Source: Botryllus schlosseri (taxonomy: Eukaryota). From it: DNA of 64,000 bases. Positions 20,710-30,400 of the stretch are shown one piece after another. The position numbers were made by a program, and so were the translations under genes. The stretch's first letter is position 1, and each line of letters starts with the position of its first letter. The stretch covers positions 30,318,001-30,382,000 of the forward strand of contig CM119373.1 in NCBI GenBank assembly GCA_051294905.1. Reading direction: 5' to 3'. The notes beneath the pieces are model-generated. The model was given only the letters and a program-made list of their open reading frames with translations. It was not told where the DNA came from and did not search any database.

Positions 20710-23546
20710 GAGAGTCTCAAGCCTTGTTCTAGTTCCTCATCCGTCCAATGCGAGGCGTCATAGCGACGTGGAGGACGGCGATATAGCGGTTCCGTCCAGG
20801 CCACTCGGCTATTGCCCTGGTTCGGTTGTTCAGGTGGACCCTGAGGACCCCACTGATCCCTATCATGCCAGTGGGTTCTATCTCTATTTTTTGGCCTAGA
20901 GTCATAATAGGCCTCGCACAAGGCAGTTCTCTGTGTCAGAGAGGGAGAACCTTGGGTGGCCAGGTATCGGTCGAGGTCCGGGACCGTCAATATGTTATTC
21001 CTTGCAAGGAAAGGCTCCCAGTTGCGTTTTGTGGACTCCTTAACGCGTGGGGGTACCGGTCGTATTCGTTTGCGAACTACCCAACCTAAGGTATCATCCT
21101 TGGCAATCACCTCCTCATTTAGCCAAAGCACGAATTTTGCCACGCAATTACGGGATTGGTGTCCCGGGGCCTTACAATAATAACATACGGATAAGGACTG
21201 CCCCTGAGGGGGGTTCAGATACAAGCCTAATGGGGCGAAGATGTTGGGGTTCCCCAGAAAATTATATCTCTCACCTTGGCTCTCCGCGATGCGGAGGGCT
21301 TCCTGACTGCTAGACGGCGTGATTTCCTGGCTGTCCCCGCCGATTCCAGAGTCCTGTGTATTCATCATTCGAGGTCTTCGGTTCGAAGTACTTGGCCCCT
21401 GACTTGTCTGAGGAGATCTGGAGTTCCGTGTTGGTGGAACGTTCGGTCCATTCGATGCGTTGCGCCCATTTTGTGTTCGGGAAGGTTTGGCCCTGGGAGC
21501 CGGGCCCTGTCTGCCAAACCCATTTCCACTTATTACATTGGTAGGAAAACGGTTGGTCTTTGCGCCGCGAGGAGGGCCACGTCGTGGCTGCGAAGCTTGC
21601 CCGGCGCTGACGGGCTGCCGTGGCGACATATTCCCGGACGGTCTGGGTGGTGTCCCTTCGATCATGTGTGGAGGTTGTCGGGGTGAGGGTGGTTGCACCA
21701 TCGGAGGTGGTGATGTAGTCGGTGGAGGTGGAGTGTTTAATCGCCCATCTTCACCCCCGTGAGTAGGGTAACTGTGCATCATGGGTCCCGCCGGCTGAAC
21801 ATTATATATATGTACAGGTGGTAGGGGCGACGTTGTTTCGCGCGTCTTTCTGACTTCCCGAGCGGTGGGACGCACCTCTTGTTCATCCAAAAACTCAGAA
21901 TTCCAGTACAACTGTAAATCCTCCGCCACGTCTTGCCAGGGCCTGCTATCCCATCCCCGCATTAGCAGTCTAAGTGCTTCTGGTAATCGTTGTCTTAGGT
22001 TTCGGAAAAGCCGCAGCCCATCCGGATTCTCCTTGATTTCAGCCTCCATGTCTATCTCTAGTTGTTTTAGGGCGCTGTTCAACAGCGGAAGAGGTTCGTC
22101 TTCCCACTGATAATTCCTACGGAAATCGTTGATGACCTTTTCATTGTTAACCAAGCCTTGCGGGTTGGATAGCGACAATGATTTCATGACCGAGACCCAT
22201 TTCGCATTTCCCGAGTTGGTGTTGAAGAAATTCCCTAGCTGATTAGCTTGTTTGAGGCGGCCCGCACTTCGCAACTTCTTCTGCATGGCATTGGCCAGGA
22301 TTATATCTGTATCAGTGTCACCCTCGCCGTGTCGTATACGTTTCATCGTATTAGCCATCCACTTTAGAAGGGGCATATCCCCAGGGTCCATCATTAGCTG
22401 AAGCATCTCCTTTTCCGACTGGAACCTTTCGGGCGTAGTTAACACCGGGTTCACGGCATCATTCCGTGGTTGATCTCGTGGAAGTCTCGGCCTCCCTTCG
22501 CTCTCTCTCGGAGTAGATGCGTATCGAGGTAACCTGAGGTACTCAGAGATGTCTGACATATTCTCTTCAGGTTCGATTGGGTTGGGCCGACCAGAGTCTC
22601 GCTGAAGCATGCGTGTGGTCTCCCGAATGGCCTCCCGCGCCTCCGTTATTTGTCTACCCAATCTGTCCAATTGGGCATCAGTATCTTCACCAGAGTCCTC
22701 AGGATCGTCGCTACCGTCTTGTCGGTAGTTCGTTCTCCCTTCTTGAAAGGTAACGCGTCTTGTTGGAGTGCTGGCCGCACCTTGTGTCCTGGTTCGGGTT
22801 CCTTCAGTTGCCCGTTGATCGCCGAGCCATGCCCCGAGCCGTTCTCGAGCGCGTGCATAGCCATCGTCCGAATCGGTGTCGGTTCCGGTTTCCCTCAGCC
22901 GGTATAGACTGGGTGTATCTGCTAGGTTCCCCCTCCGTCGTCCGTGGCGTGTCCCATTTCGAACCGGGAAGCATGGAGTCGTTCCTGGGCGGGAATCTGA
23001 CGGCGACTCCGGCTTGGAACCTGGTAACGTAGGGTAGACTGCCGTCACAGTATGGCAATCCAGGCCCTTTTCGACTGTAAACGTGGGTAGGGGCGCTGTC
23101 GCCCTGGGCGGTTCCCCAACGGGTGGGTCATACGCCGGTGGAGGTGCTGTAGCCATTACGGACAGAGAAGGTGGAGTCGGTGGTTTATCCCCAACCACCT
23201 GTGCATGGGCTTTGCCCAGCTCAAATTCCGATTTCAAGATTTCATTGAGGACTTCAGTAGAGACTTTCCCGCCGACCTTCGAAGTGGCATCACATACCGC
23301 TTTCAGGTCGGCTTGAGCTCGTCTGACTTCCTTTTTGGCCTTTTCCAGACCCTTCATTGTCTCGGGCAGAGTTGATTTGACCTCTTTTAGTACTTTCGTT
23401 TGGTCAGCCACGTCTTTTGCCAACTGTCTTTCTTGTTGTCTGACGTCTTCGTGGCGTTTTTGCGTGGCTTTCAGCAGCTTGATGCCCTGCTCGAGCTCGC
23501 CTGCCGCCTTTGACGACTTACTCTTCTTTTTAAATAATTTTAGCAT
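20688..23546 (-). CDS. gag: Gag-like polyprotein
   Basis: Basic N-terminus, coiled coil, PPPAY late-domain-type motif, central helical (capsid-like) region, Pro-rich region and CYYCKAPGHQSRNC (CX2CX4HX4C) knuckle. Lies directly upstream of pol. First ATG at 23546. Confidence 0.9.
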   Translation of the reverse strand: MLKLFKKKSKSSKAAGELEQGIKLLKATQKRHEDVRQQERQLAKDVADQTKVLKEVKSTLPETMKGLEKAKKEVRRAQADLKAVCDATSKVGGKVSTEVLNEILKSEFELGKAHAQVVGDKPPTPPSLSVMATAPPPAYDPPVGEPPRATAPLPTFTVEKGLDCHTVTAVYPTLPGSKPESPSDSRPGTTPCFPVRNGTRHGRRRGNLADTPSLYRLRETGTDTDSDDGYARARERLGAWLGDQRATEGTRTRTQGAASTPTRRVTFQEGRTNYRQDGSDDPEDSGEDTDAQLDRLGRQITEAREAIRETTRMLQRDSGRPNPIEPEENMSDISEYLRLPRYASTPRESEGRPRLPRDQPRNDAVNPVLTTPERFQSEKEMLQLMMDPGDMPLLKWMANTMKRIRHGEGDTDTDIILANAMQKKLRSAGRLKQANQLGNFFNTNSGNAKWVSVMKSLSLSNPQGLVNNEKVINDFRRNYQWEDEPLPLLNSALKQLEIDMEAEIKENPDGLRLFRNLRQRLPEALRLLMRGWDSRPWQDVAEDLQLYWNSEFLDEQEVRPTAREVRKTRETTSPLPPVHIYNVQPAGPMMHSYPTHGGEDGRLNTPPPPTTSPPPMVQPPSPRQPPHMIEGTPPRPSGNMSPRQPVSAGQASQPRRGPPRGAKTNRFPTNVISGNGFGRQGPAPRAKPSRTQNGRNASNGPNVPPTRNSRSPQTSQGPSTSNRRPRMMNTQDSGIGGDSQEITPSSSQEALRIAESQGERYNFLGNPNIFAPLGLYLNPPQGQSLSVCYYCKAPGHQSRNCVAKFVLWLNEEVIAKDDTLGWVVRKRIRPVPPRVKESTKRNWEPFLARNNILTVPDLDRYLATQGSPSLTQRTALCEAYYDSRPKNRDRTHWHDRDQWGPQGPPEQPNQGNSRVAWTEPLYRRPPRRYDASHWTDEELEQGLRLSKNDWGC

Positions 23547-23599
23547 TTTTCGCACAGTTCATGTAACTTTTGATTGCCTGTATTTTGGTCCCGTACCTT

Positions 23600-23935
23600 T
23601 TATTGGCTAGGGGGAGTACCGTTACGGATTAGATTACCCGCGGACGTGGTTTTGTTGTTCTCGATCACTCGCCCTCGAGTTGCAGGTACGGAATATCTTC
23701 CGAAGAAAACTGGGTCGGTGTCGTTGGCGATTACCACAGCAAATCCGTTGCGTGGGACAGTGAGGGCTTCGGCCGTTGTAGTGACGTCGTTAGAGAGGTC
23801 TTCAGGAGTTGTCGTAGGAAAGAATACCGGCACGAGGTGTACGTAGACCGATGCCAATGTTATAAGCAGAGATATCACAGAAGTGATTACCGTCACGCCG
23901 AGCACGATTTTCACGAGGGTCGTCCTTGCACACAT
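23600..23935 (-). CDS. Small leader-encoded membrane protein (111 aa)
   Basis: ATG-initiated ORF between PBS and gag. One hydrophobic helix, then a Thr-rich tail with NDT, NKT and NGT sequons. Not in frame with gag. Confidence 0.6.
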   Translation of the reverse strand: MCARTTLVKIVLGVTVITSVISLLITLASVYVHLVPVFFPTTTPEDLSNDVTTTAEALTVPRNGFAVVIANDTDPVFFGRYSVPATRGRVIENNKTTSAGNLIRNGTPPSQ

Positions 23936-23964
23936 TAATAGGTCAATGTTTTTACACCGGAAAT

Positions 23965-23982
23965 ATCCCAGTGGTGCCTCCA
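23965..23982 (-). promoter_or_regulatory. Primer-binding site complementary to tRNA-Thr
   Basis: Minus strand TGGAGGCACCACTGGGAT. 17/18 match to the 3' end of animal tRNA-Thr(AGU), ...AUCCCAGCGGUGCCUCCA, recalled from the vertebrate sequence. Canonical position upstream of gag. Confidence 0.8.
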
Positions 23983-24199
23983 GTAGTGTCTTTATAGTGC
24001 AGCCCCAGTAACGATTGTTATGCGGGTCGTCTACACTTGGTTCGGATTACTTCGCGGTGAGGAATTGACCTTCTATTGCACTGTATTGTCCAGACGACGT
24101 CCGTAGATATTGATTGAAGTAGCGGTAGTTGCGATAGTTGCAGTAGTTGTATCTTTGAGCATCAGCCAATGACCCTTAGGTCCAGTGTTCTAATCTAGC

Positions 24200-24610
24200 C
24201 TTATATAACGTGTAAATAAGCCTTACTTAATACAACCAAATACTCCAATCATTATCATGCAGACAGAATGAGGTATCTAAGCAAAACTCGGTTAATATTG
24301 GCATATAGAATATCCATCAATTATAACACAAGATAAAGCTTAAACCTATTCATATTCATGCACGATTAAATGTATTTTAAATACTCCAAGGTTTGTTTTC
24401 GCATACAAACAATGCGACGGCCTTTCCTGCCGAAGTCGTATCTTTGAGGGTTTGTTAACACATATAAATAATGTGACGGCCTTTCCTGCCGTAAAATAGC
24501 TCCATGGGTTTGTTTACACATATAATACATGTGACGGCCTGTCCTGCCGTAAAGCAGCTCCAAGGTTAGTTTGCACATATGAGTATGTGCCGGCCTTTCC
24601 TGCCGTAAAG
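24200..24610 (-). promoter_or_regulatory. Putative 5' LTR/U3 region: TATA-like box plus four ~58-bp tandem repeats
   Basis: Minus-strand TATATAA near 24202-24208. Tandem units (24384-24610) with core atg(c/t)gacggcctttcctgccg. Promoter function is inferred from position only. Confidence 0.55.
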
Positions 24611-25218
24611 TTCATTCATGACCTATCGCTACATGATACACTATTCAATCACAATAGTCATGCACGAACCAATTTTTTAATTACAGTCTGTTATATCTCT
24701 GCGTTCCTTTGTATCGGTGTATATAAGCTTTTTATTCATTCGTACGTACCGTGTCTCACAGACAATCGATCTGATTTACCACGAATCTTTAACTCTACAC
24801 ATGCTCCAATAAGGTAGAGGTTCCTAGCTTAGTCTAAGGGTGCGTAGCTAGTTATAACGCCTAACTCCGGGAGGTTCCAACATTAAGGACTTTGTATCGT
24901 TGACCCGATTAACATGGCCATATGCCAATTAAAGTGCACTTGATGATACTACCCTTAACAAGGTGTTGCTTACTCGAACACTGTTAGATACCCAGGGTCC
25001 CTTTTACGGGTTTCTGGAGAAATCCCTAACCATTTCTAATCCTAAGCTTCTATCCCGCTAGGGTGAAGGGTCCCGACGCTAATATAGGGCGTGGTCGGTG
25101 TATAACGCCTATGTAAAGCCTACAGACATAGTACTCGCTATCATATTACTGTAGTAACAACCAATCATTCACATTATAAATGTTCACTAACCCATACACA
25201 TATCTACGTCATAAAATG

Positions 25219-26100
25219 TTAGCGCCATTTTAAAGCAACCTGATGGTATTGATCAAAGATACAGTGAAGGCAGCGCTTGAACAAAATGGCGTCACTATAC
25301 AATAATACATCAAAGTAACCATCTCGTGAGAATACCAATGTCCTGTTATGACTCACGCGTCTCGTCATCATGCCGCAGATTGATTCATGTCGTTGTTCGT
25401 CAAACGCACCCTCTCCGACCGCCATCATCGTACGTTCGGAACATATTTGGCAAACGCACGCTTGGGTACTCCGTCTCGTGCATCTATTTCGAACCCGGTT
25501 TCTTCAACTCCCTTGATAATGAAACGATTCTTCTGCGTATCTTTCCTTGATTTTGCAGCCGTCTTGATCGTCTCCTTTCTCCGCTGTCTTCAACGCGACT
25601 TCTTGCGGGCATTGTTTGGCACGTTCCAACCTTTGGTTCACTGGTCCTTGCTGAGCAGTGATTGATAGTGCCGGATTTCCTCTCATCTCGTTCATTTGAC
25701 TTCATTAAGCCCTAGATTCTATCGAGGGGAGCAGTTTTTCGGGACTGTCGAATAGTAATTTTAGAGTTGGTACCACCAAGCCGTTCATTAATGCCAACAG
25801 AATGTCCAGTTCATATCGATACTCTCATGCCATTTCATCACTTCAGTCAGTCTTATTATGGCCTCATTGCGAGCAGGGCAATAAATCTTTGGCATGTTTT
25901 CGAGACGCTCTTCTCGTCATACCAGTTGTAGATACATTCGATGCGCACAGGGAGGACATTAAATACACACATGTCGGAATATTGCGTCATTTGCTATCGT
26001 AACGTTGCCGAAATACAATAATTTGCATGCACGTACTGATCATGGTGCCATAAGTGCACTTGTCAGACACATCCATTTCGTGAAACGAATGTGCAAACAA
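25219..26100 (-). pseudogene. Decayed intronless coding-like region of unknown identity
   Basis: Several short minus-strand ORF pieces in different frames that read as one interrupted protein. No motif recognised. Confidence 0.3.
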
Positions 26101-26337
26101 GGCGGGTCTTATTCTAATGTCCTACTCGATCATCGACACATCAGTTTCGAAAAACGAATGTGTGGACAACTTCAACCATGGGTTACTTTTCTAAGGTATT
26201 TATATTAGCAGCACTGGCCTGAGGTATTCCTAATGTTATAGGCCTATTATTTCCGGTTATAATGTTCATTTTTATTCAACCTATGTAGTGCCACAGCAAC
26301 TTACAACGTAGCTACGTTGTAAATCGCTATGGTAGTG

Positions 26338-26563
26338 CCTTAAACGTTTTGGAATATCTGTCGGTCTTTCACCAGGGTCTACCACCGAGGTACCGATCTA
26401 CATTAATTATATTAGCCCTAAACATTTTGGAAAATCTGTCCGTCTTATCCAGGATCTAACATCGAGGTACGGATCTATATCCATTGTGGATATTGTCCTA
26501 AACATTTTGGAAAATCTGTCCGTCTTATCCAGGATCTAACATCGAGGTACGGATCTATATCCA
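26338..26563. repeat. Tandem repeat, three ~80-bp units
   Basis: cctaaacattttggaaaatctgtccgtcttatccaggatctaacatcgaggtacggatcta at 26417 and 26497, with a diverged unit at 26338. Confidence 0.9.
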
Positions 26564-26716
26564 GTTTTTTAAACCTTTTTTCATATTTAAAAAATTCGAA
26601 ATTCTTATGATTTCAAACAATCTTGATTTCAAACAATCTTCGTTATCATGATAAATACGGGGTCTTTTAACTATCGTAATTTCTGCACTTGATAAATTTT
26701 TACGAATCGAAATGCT

Positions 26717-27405
26717 TTATTTCGATACTTTCAGTGCCATATAGTGACAGTCAGCTTCCTCTAGCGACAGTGAACGCGTTTCCGCGTACGCGTAAATCTG
26801 GACTTCGGGGTAGATCACCCATTTTACGAGATTACGTTCAGTCTTCTCATCACTTAGTATCTCTACCCACTCGGGGTTCGCCATTTTCAAGGCTTTTACC
26901 CAGTTTATGCAGATATCTGCGAACGCCATTTGAAGAGGTCCTTCAGGATGAAGGCTCCCTGCGTAAGTATCTTCCCACTCGTTTTCATCGAGTTCTTTAC
27001 CAGTCCAATCACTGTCGCACGTTTGGAAGCCGCTATTTCTTTCCCAATAGCGATATCGTAGACTGGAATCGTCATTAAATATATCATAAAGATGATCTGT
27101 TAACGAGTGTGTTGTCATGAGAAATTTCAACGACTTTAGTCCGTGATCGATAAAGTCCTCTTTTTGAGGTTTCGATATTAGGTGCTCCGTCTCGGGTTCT
27201 TTGCAACGCAAGCCCAGGCACATACTAATATTTTAGCGTTTGTTATCGATGCAATAAACCTTAAATATGCACATATAGAAAAGTTTAAATCGACCACTTT
27301 CGCTTGACTGGATATTTTTCTAAGTGTGCGAAGCCCAGGTCCAGTCCAACTACTATGATATTTTTTCACGCAGAGCAAGTCGAGTTCATGCTTTATACAG
27401 CTCAT
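26717..27405 (-). CDS. Orphan protein (168-aa ORF, possibly frameshifted from the overlapping 75-aa upstream ORF)
   Basis: Globular, Trp-rich acidic composition. ATG-initiated and intronless. No family recognised. Confidence 0.45.
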
Positions 27406-30400
27406 ATGTTAGCGCTGTTGCGGTCAACCGGCTGTATATATCACGTGCGGTAACAATTTCCGGCAGCTTACAGTTGAGCGCAACACGGACTGAATAAAAA
27501 ACAGCCACTGACGGCGCTCAAAATGAAGCAACCTAGTAAACGCAAAAGAAGCATCTTGCCCCCCACAAAGGCATTCTTTTATTGTTTTATATATTTTTTT
27601 TTTGAAGATGATTTTATACTCCGTATAACCTTTATCTTTAGTTTTCTCTTTTGTAAGTTTTTATATCTTATGTACATATTTCAAGATTAATTCATTTTAT
27701 ATATTTTTTTTTTCACAAAAGGTTTTTATTCTTTTAGGCTTTTTATCTTAGTGGGTATTATACTATGATACAATACGCGGATATACACAATTTAATATAT
27801 CTCTCCACCCCAGCCTTCCCCCCTTCTATTACAGGAATTGTCAACGGTCACATTCCTTCCAGCATACTTACAACGTGTCAAATGGGAGGCGAGGTCTTCC
27901 CATAGTTAACCAAAGTGTTATACTGGATAGGAAGTGCCGAGAGCCGTGCTCATTGTTTATCTACATAACTCCATCACGTGAGCACCTGGTAGGTTTAATT
28001 TTTTTTTCCCACTAATATAAGCCGACGGACCCTCAAAAGGAAGACACCTCTTACCATTTGGCAAGTGCCAAGCGGTGTCATGTATATCCATAGAGTGAGG
28101 GGGGTGCCGAGAGACAGGGATGGGAGTATGCCTTCCACATAAATATGCATTACTATTTACAGATCAATTTGCGGTTTAGATATAATCAATAATAATAAAT
28201 TTCATATCCATCTGAGATTCTCAAGGTGTCCTGCGTTTGTCACGATCAAAATTTCACAAAAATAACAATATATATATACATGTAATATATAAGCAGCAAT
28301 TTAAAATACTTTAAAGAGTCTCGTAGTTATATCTCCAAACTCGCGGAGCCGACTGTAGCGAGGACAAAATAAAAAGGGAAGAAATGTAAATTTAAAAGTC
28401 AAATATAATTAATAGATTAGCAAAACATTTCATAATGAAAATAGGGTGGTTTTTCACGGGGCAGGGGCTCTGGGAAAGTTACCCGCTTTTGCTACTATCT
28501 TCTTCTTCTTGTGACGATTTTTCGGGTGGAAGAGCGATCGCAATTGGACCACATTACTCTCGTAAATGATTGTGGCGTTAAAACAAATCATTCACTACAA
28601 CGTGCGTCCTCAGTTGCATTTATACCCTGTGATTTAATATAAACACTTTGTGTAACAGACAATAGACGTAGAGCGTAACAGACAATAGACGTAGAGCGGA
28701 CTTTCACTAGACAATACATGTTCTATGCTTATTCGAAAAATCATTTTTGTATATAAGGTGGGAATTGCGCAGCCTTGTATTCGAGTATATGAACTATCCA
28801 TAGTCCCCGAGATATTATTTCAGGGGCACACGTAGCGATTCAATCACAATACAACGTCTTTTACTTTCTGGAACCTAACATAAATTTTGTGTATCGGTAT
28901 AATAAATCCGTGTATGTATATATAATAAATTAAATACAAGAATACAGCTTCTACTTCAGGGCTATTCCCCAGTTACACTGCATTCTGACTCAAAATCTTT
29001 TTCCGTTAAGTTCAGCTAGACAGGGATGCCGAATTATTACACTTGTCCTAATCCCCTATCAGCCATGGCCTAATTAATTTAGTTGTCTCGGCTTATCTGG
29101 TAGTCTAATCACCACCAGTCCGTTGGCCCTATTTAGCAGTTTTCGAGGCGTGATCGCACGTTTCCTTAGACAGAGATTGCAGCATTAAGAACGTCATGGA
29201 ATGATGATATCTATACGTGGCCTTGTGATACCATAGGCTGTTTTTTTTTTCACAAAGCTATGGTCAGCGTTGACCCCACATAAAGGTCCGCAGCACATAC
29301 CGTTCAATACAGACCTAGCCACCCCTATCTCTGAAGTAAGTAACAAATAGTGAATGCATTATGGCCTTAATCCGCCATCACTATAAGGTTGGCGATCCAT
29401 ATTTTCAGGTGCGGTCGGATTGCTCTTGCCAGCCATGTAATCCTAAACGGCGTTATACACTATCAATCGGAATAATACATTCGCTGATTATCGCTATAAT
29501 ACCTTGCCGTTATGAGTTAATGATTGAGGATGCAGAGGTGGTCACTAACGAAATACTCCTAATTTTTGAATTACTTGAAGTAGATCTTTCCGACTCACGC
29601 TACTTTTTTAGCAGTTATGATTTTATATCACTTCTACTTCTACTGACAGTTTTCAGTTTTGTAGGCAAAAATATGCGCAGAATACCAACTTACTTGCTTG
29701 TGAACCTTCATTCCTACTTCTACTTGAGTAGAAATTCCGGCGTTACTTCTACTTCTACTTCTACTTGGGTAGCGACGGTGACCACTTCTACCTCCTCTGA
29801 GCATGGATCAGACTTTTTTTGAAAGTATAGCGGGCAGACTAAGTACTTTTCTCCCCATTGTAAGCGAATCGATTCCGACTGCTCATGGCTCTTTCGCATT
29901 GTTTATGTCACATGGAGTCAATGAGGCATGACCACACGCCTTCAGATCTGATGGGGTCAGTCTGACCCCACCTCGCCATTCATGCTATAGGGCCATGCCT
30001 TAGGGAGGAATCTTGAACTGGGCGGACAGTTGGGTCCAAAAGAGGTAGACTTCTCGTTATAACGTCCCGCAGGCGGTTATTATACAGCTGATTACCGAAA
30101 TTGGTAAGACAAAGCATATAAACTGATGGGGTCATTTTGACCCCACCTGAGCAATCACGTAATAGTAAAACCCTTAGTCGTCTAGGGTTAAGTGAGAATT
30201 GCGTGGTTCCCCATATTCTTTGGGCGGATAAATTCGAGTAATACGTCGGCCAGGCGATAGAGAGAAATGAATTCAATCTATTCAATGAAATACACAATTA
30301 ACTAGCCTTTTAATCGAAACAATGCAAGTCCTCATCAAATATATCATGCAAAACAAGCACTTATTATCACAATCAACTCTAAACCACACGTGAAGTTCAC

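Noticed and set aside
10321-23846. Many plus-strand short ORFs antisense to gag, pol and env
   Set aside because: Shadow ORFs of long GC-richer coding regions, with no motifs.
9687-24091. Possible inverted terminal repeat between 9687-9790 and 23950-24091 (ggacaa..cagtgc, aaggtcaa, tgcactata in the same order)
   Set aside because: Only 6-9-nt patches with inconsistent spacing, which is compatible with chance. It would need a scored alignment.
24384-26563. Short repeat arrays as CRISPR-like arrays
   Set aside because: The units are whole tandem repeats without unique spacers, in a eukaryotic context with no cas genes.
29533-30191. Tol2-like end at 29533 and piggyBac-like end (ctagggttaa with ggggtca..tgacccc palindromes) near 30185
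   Set aside because: No matching partner end or TSD could be established; these are only fragments.
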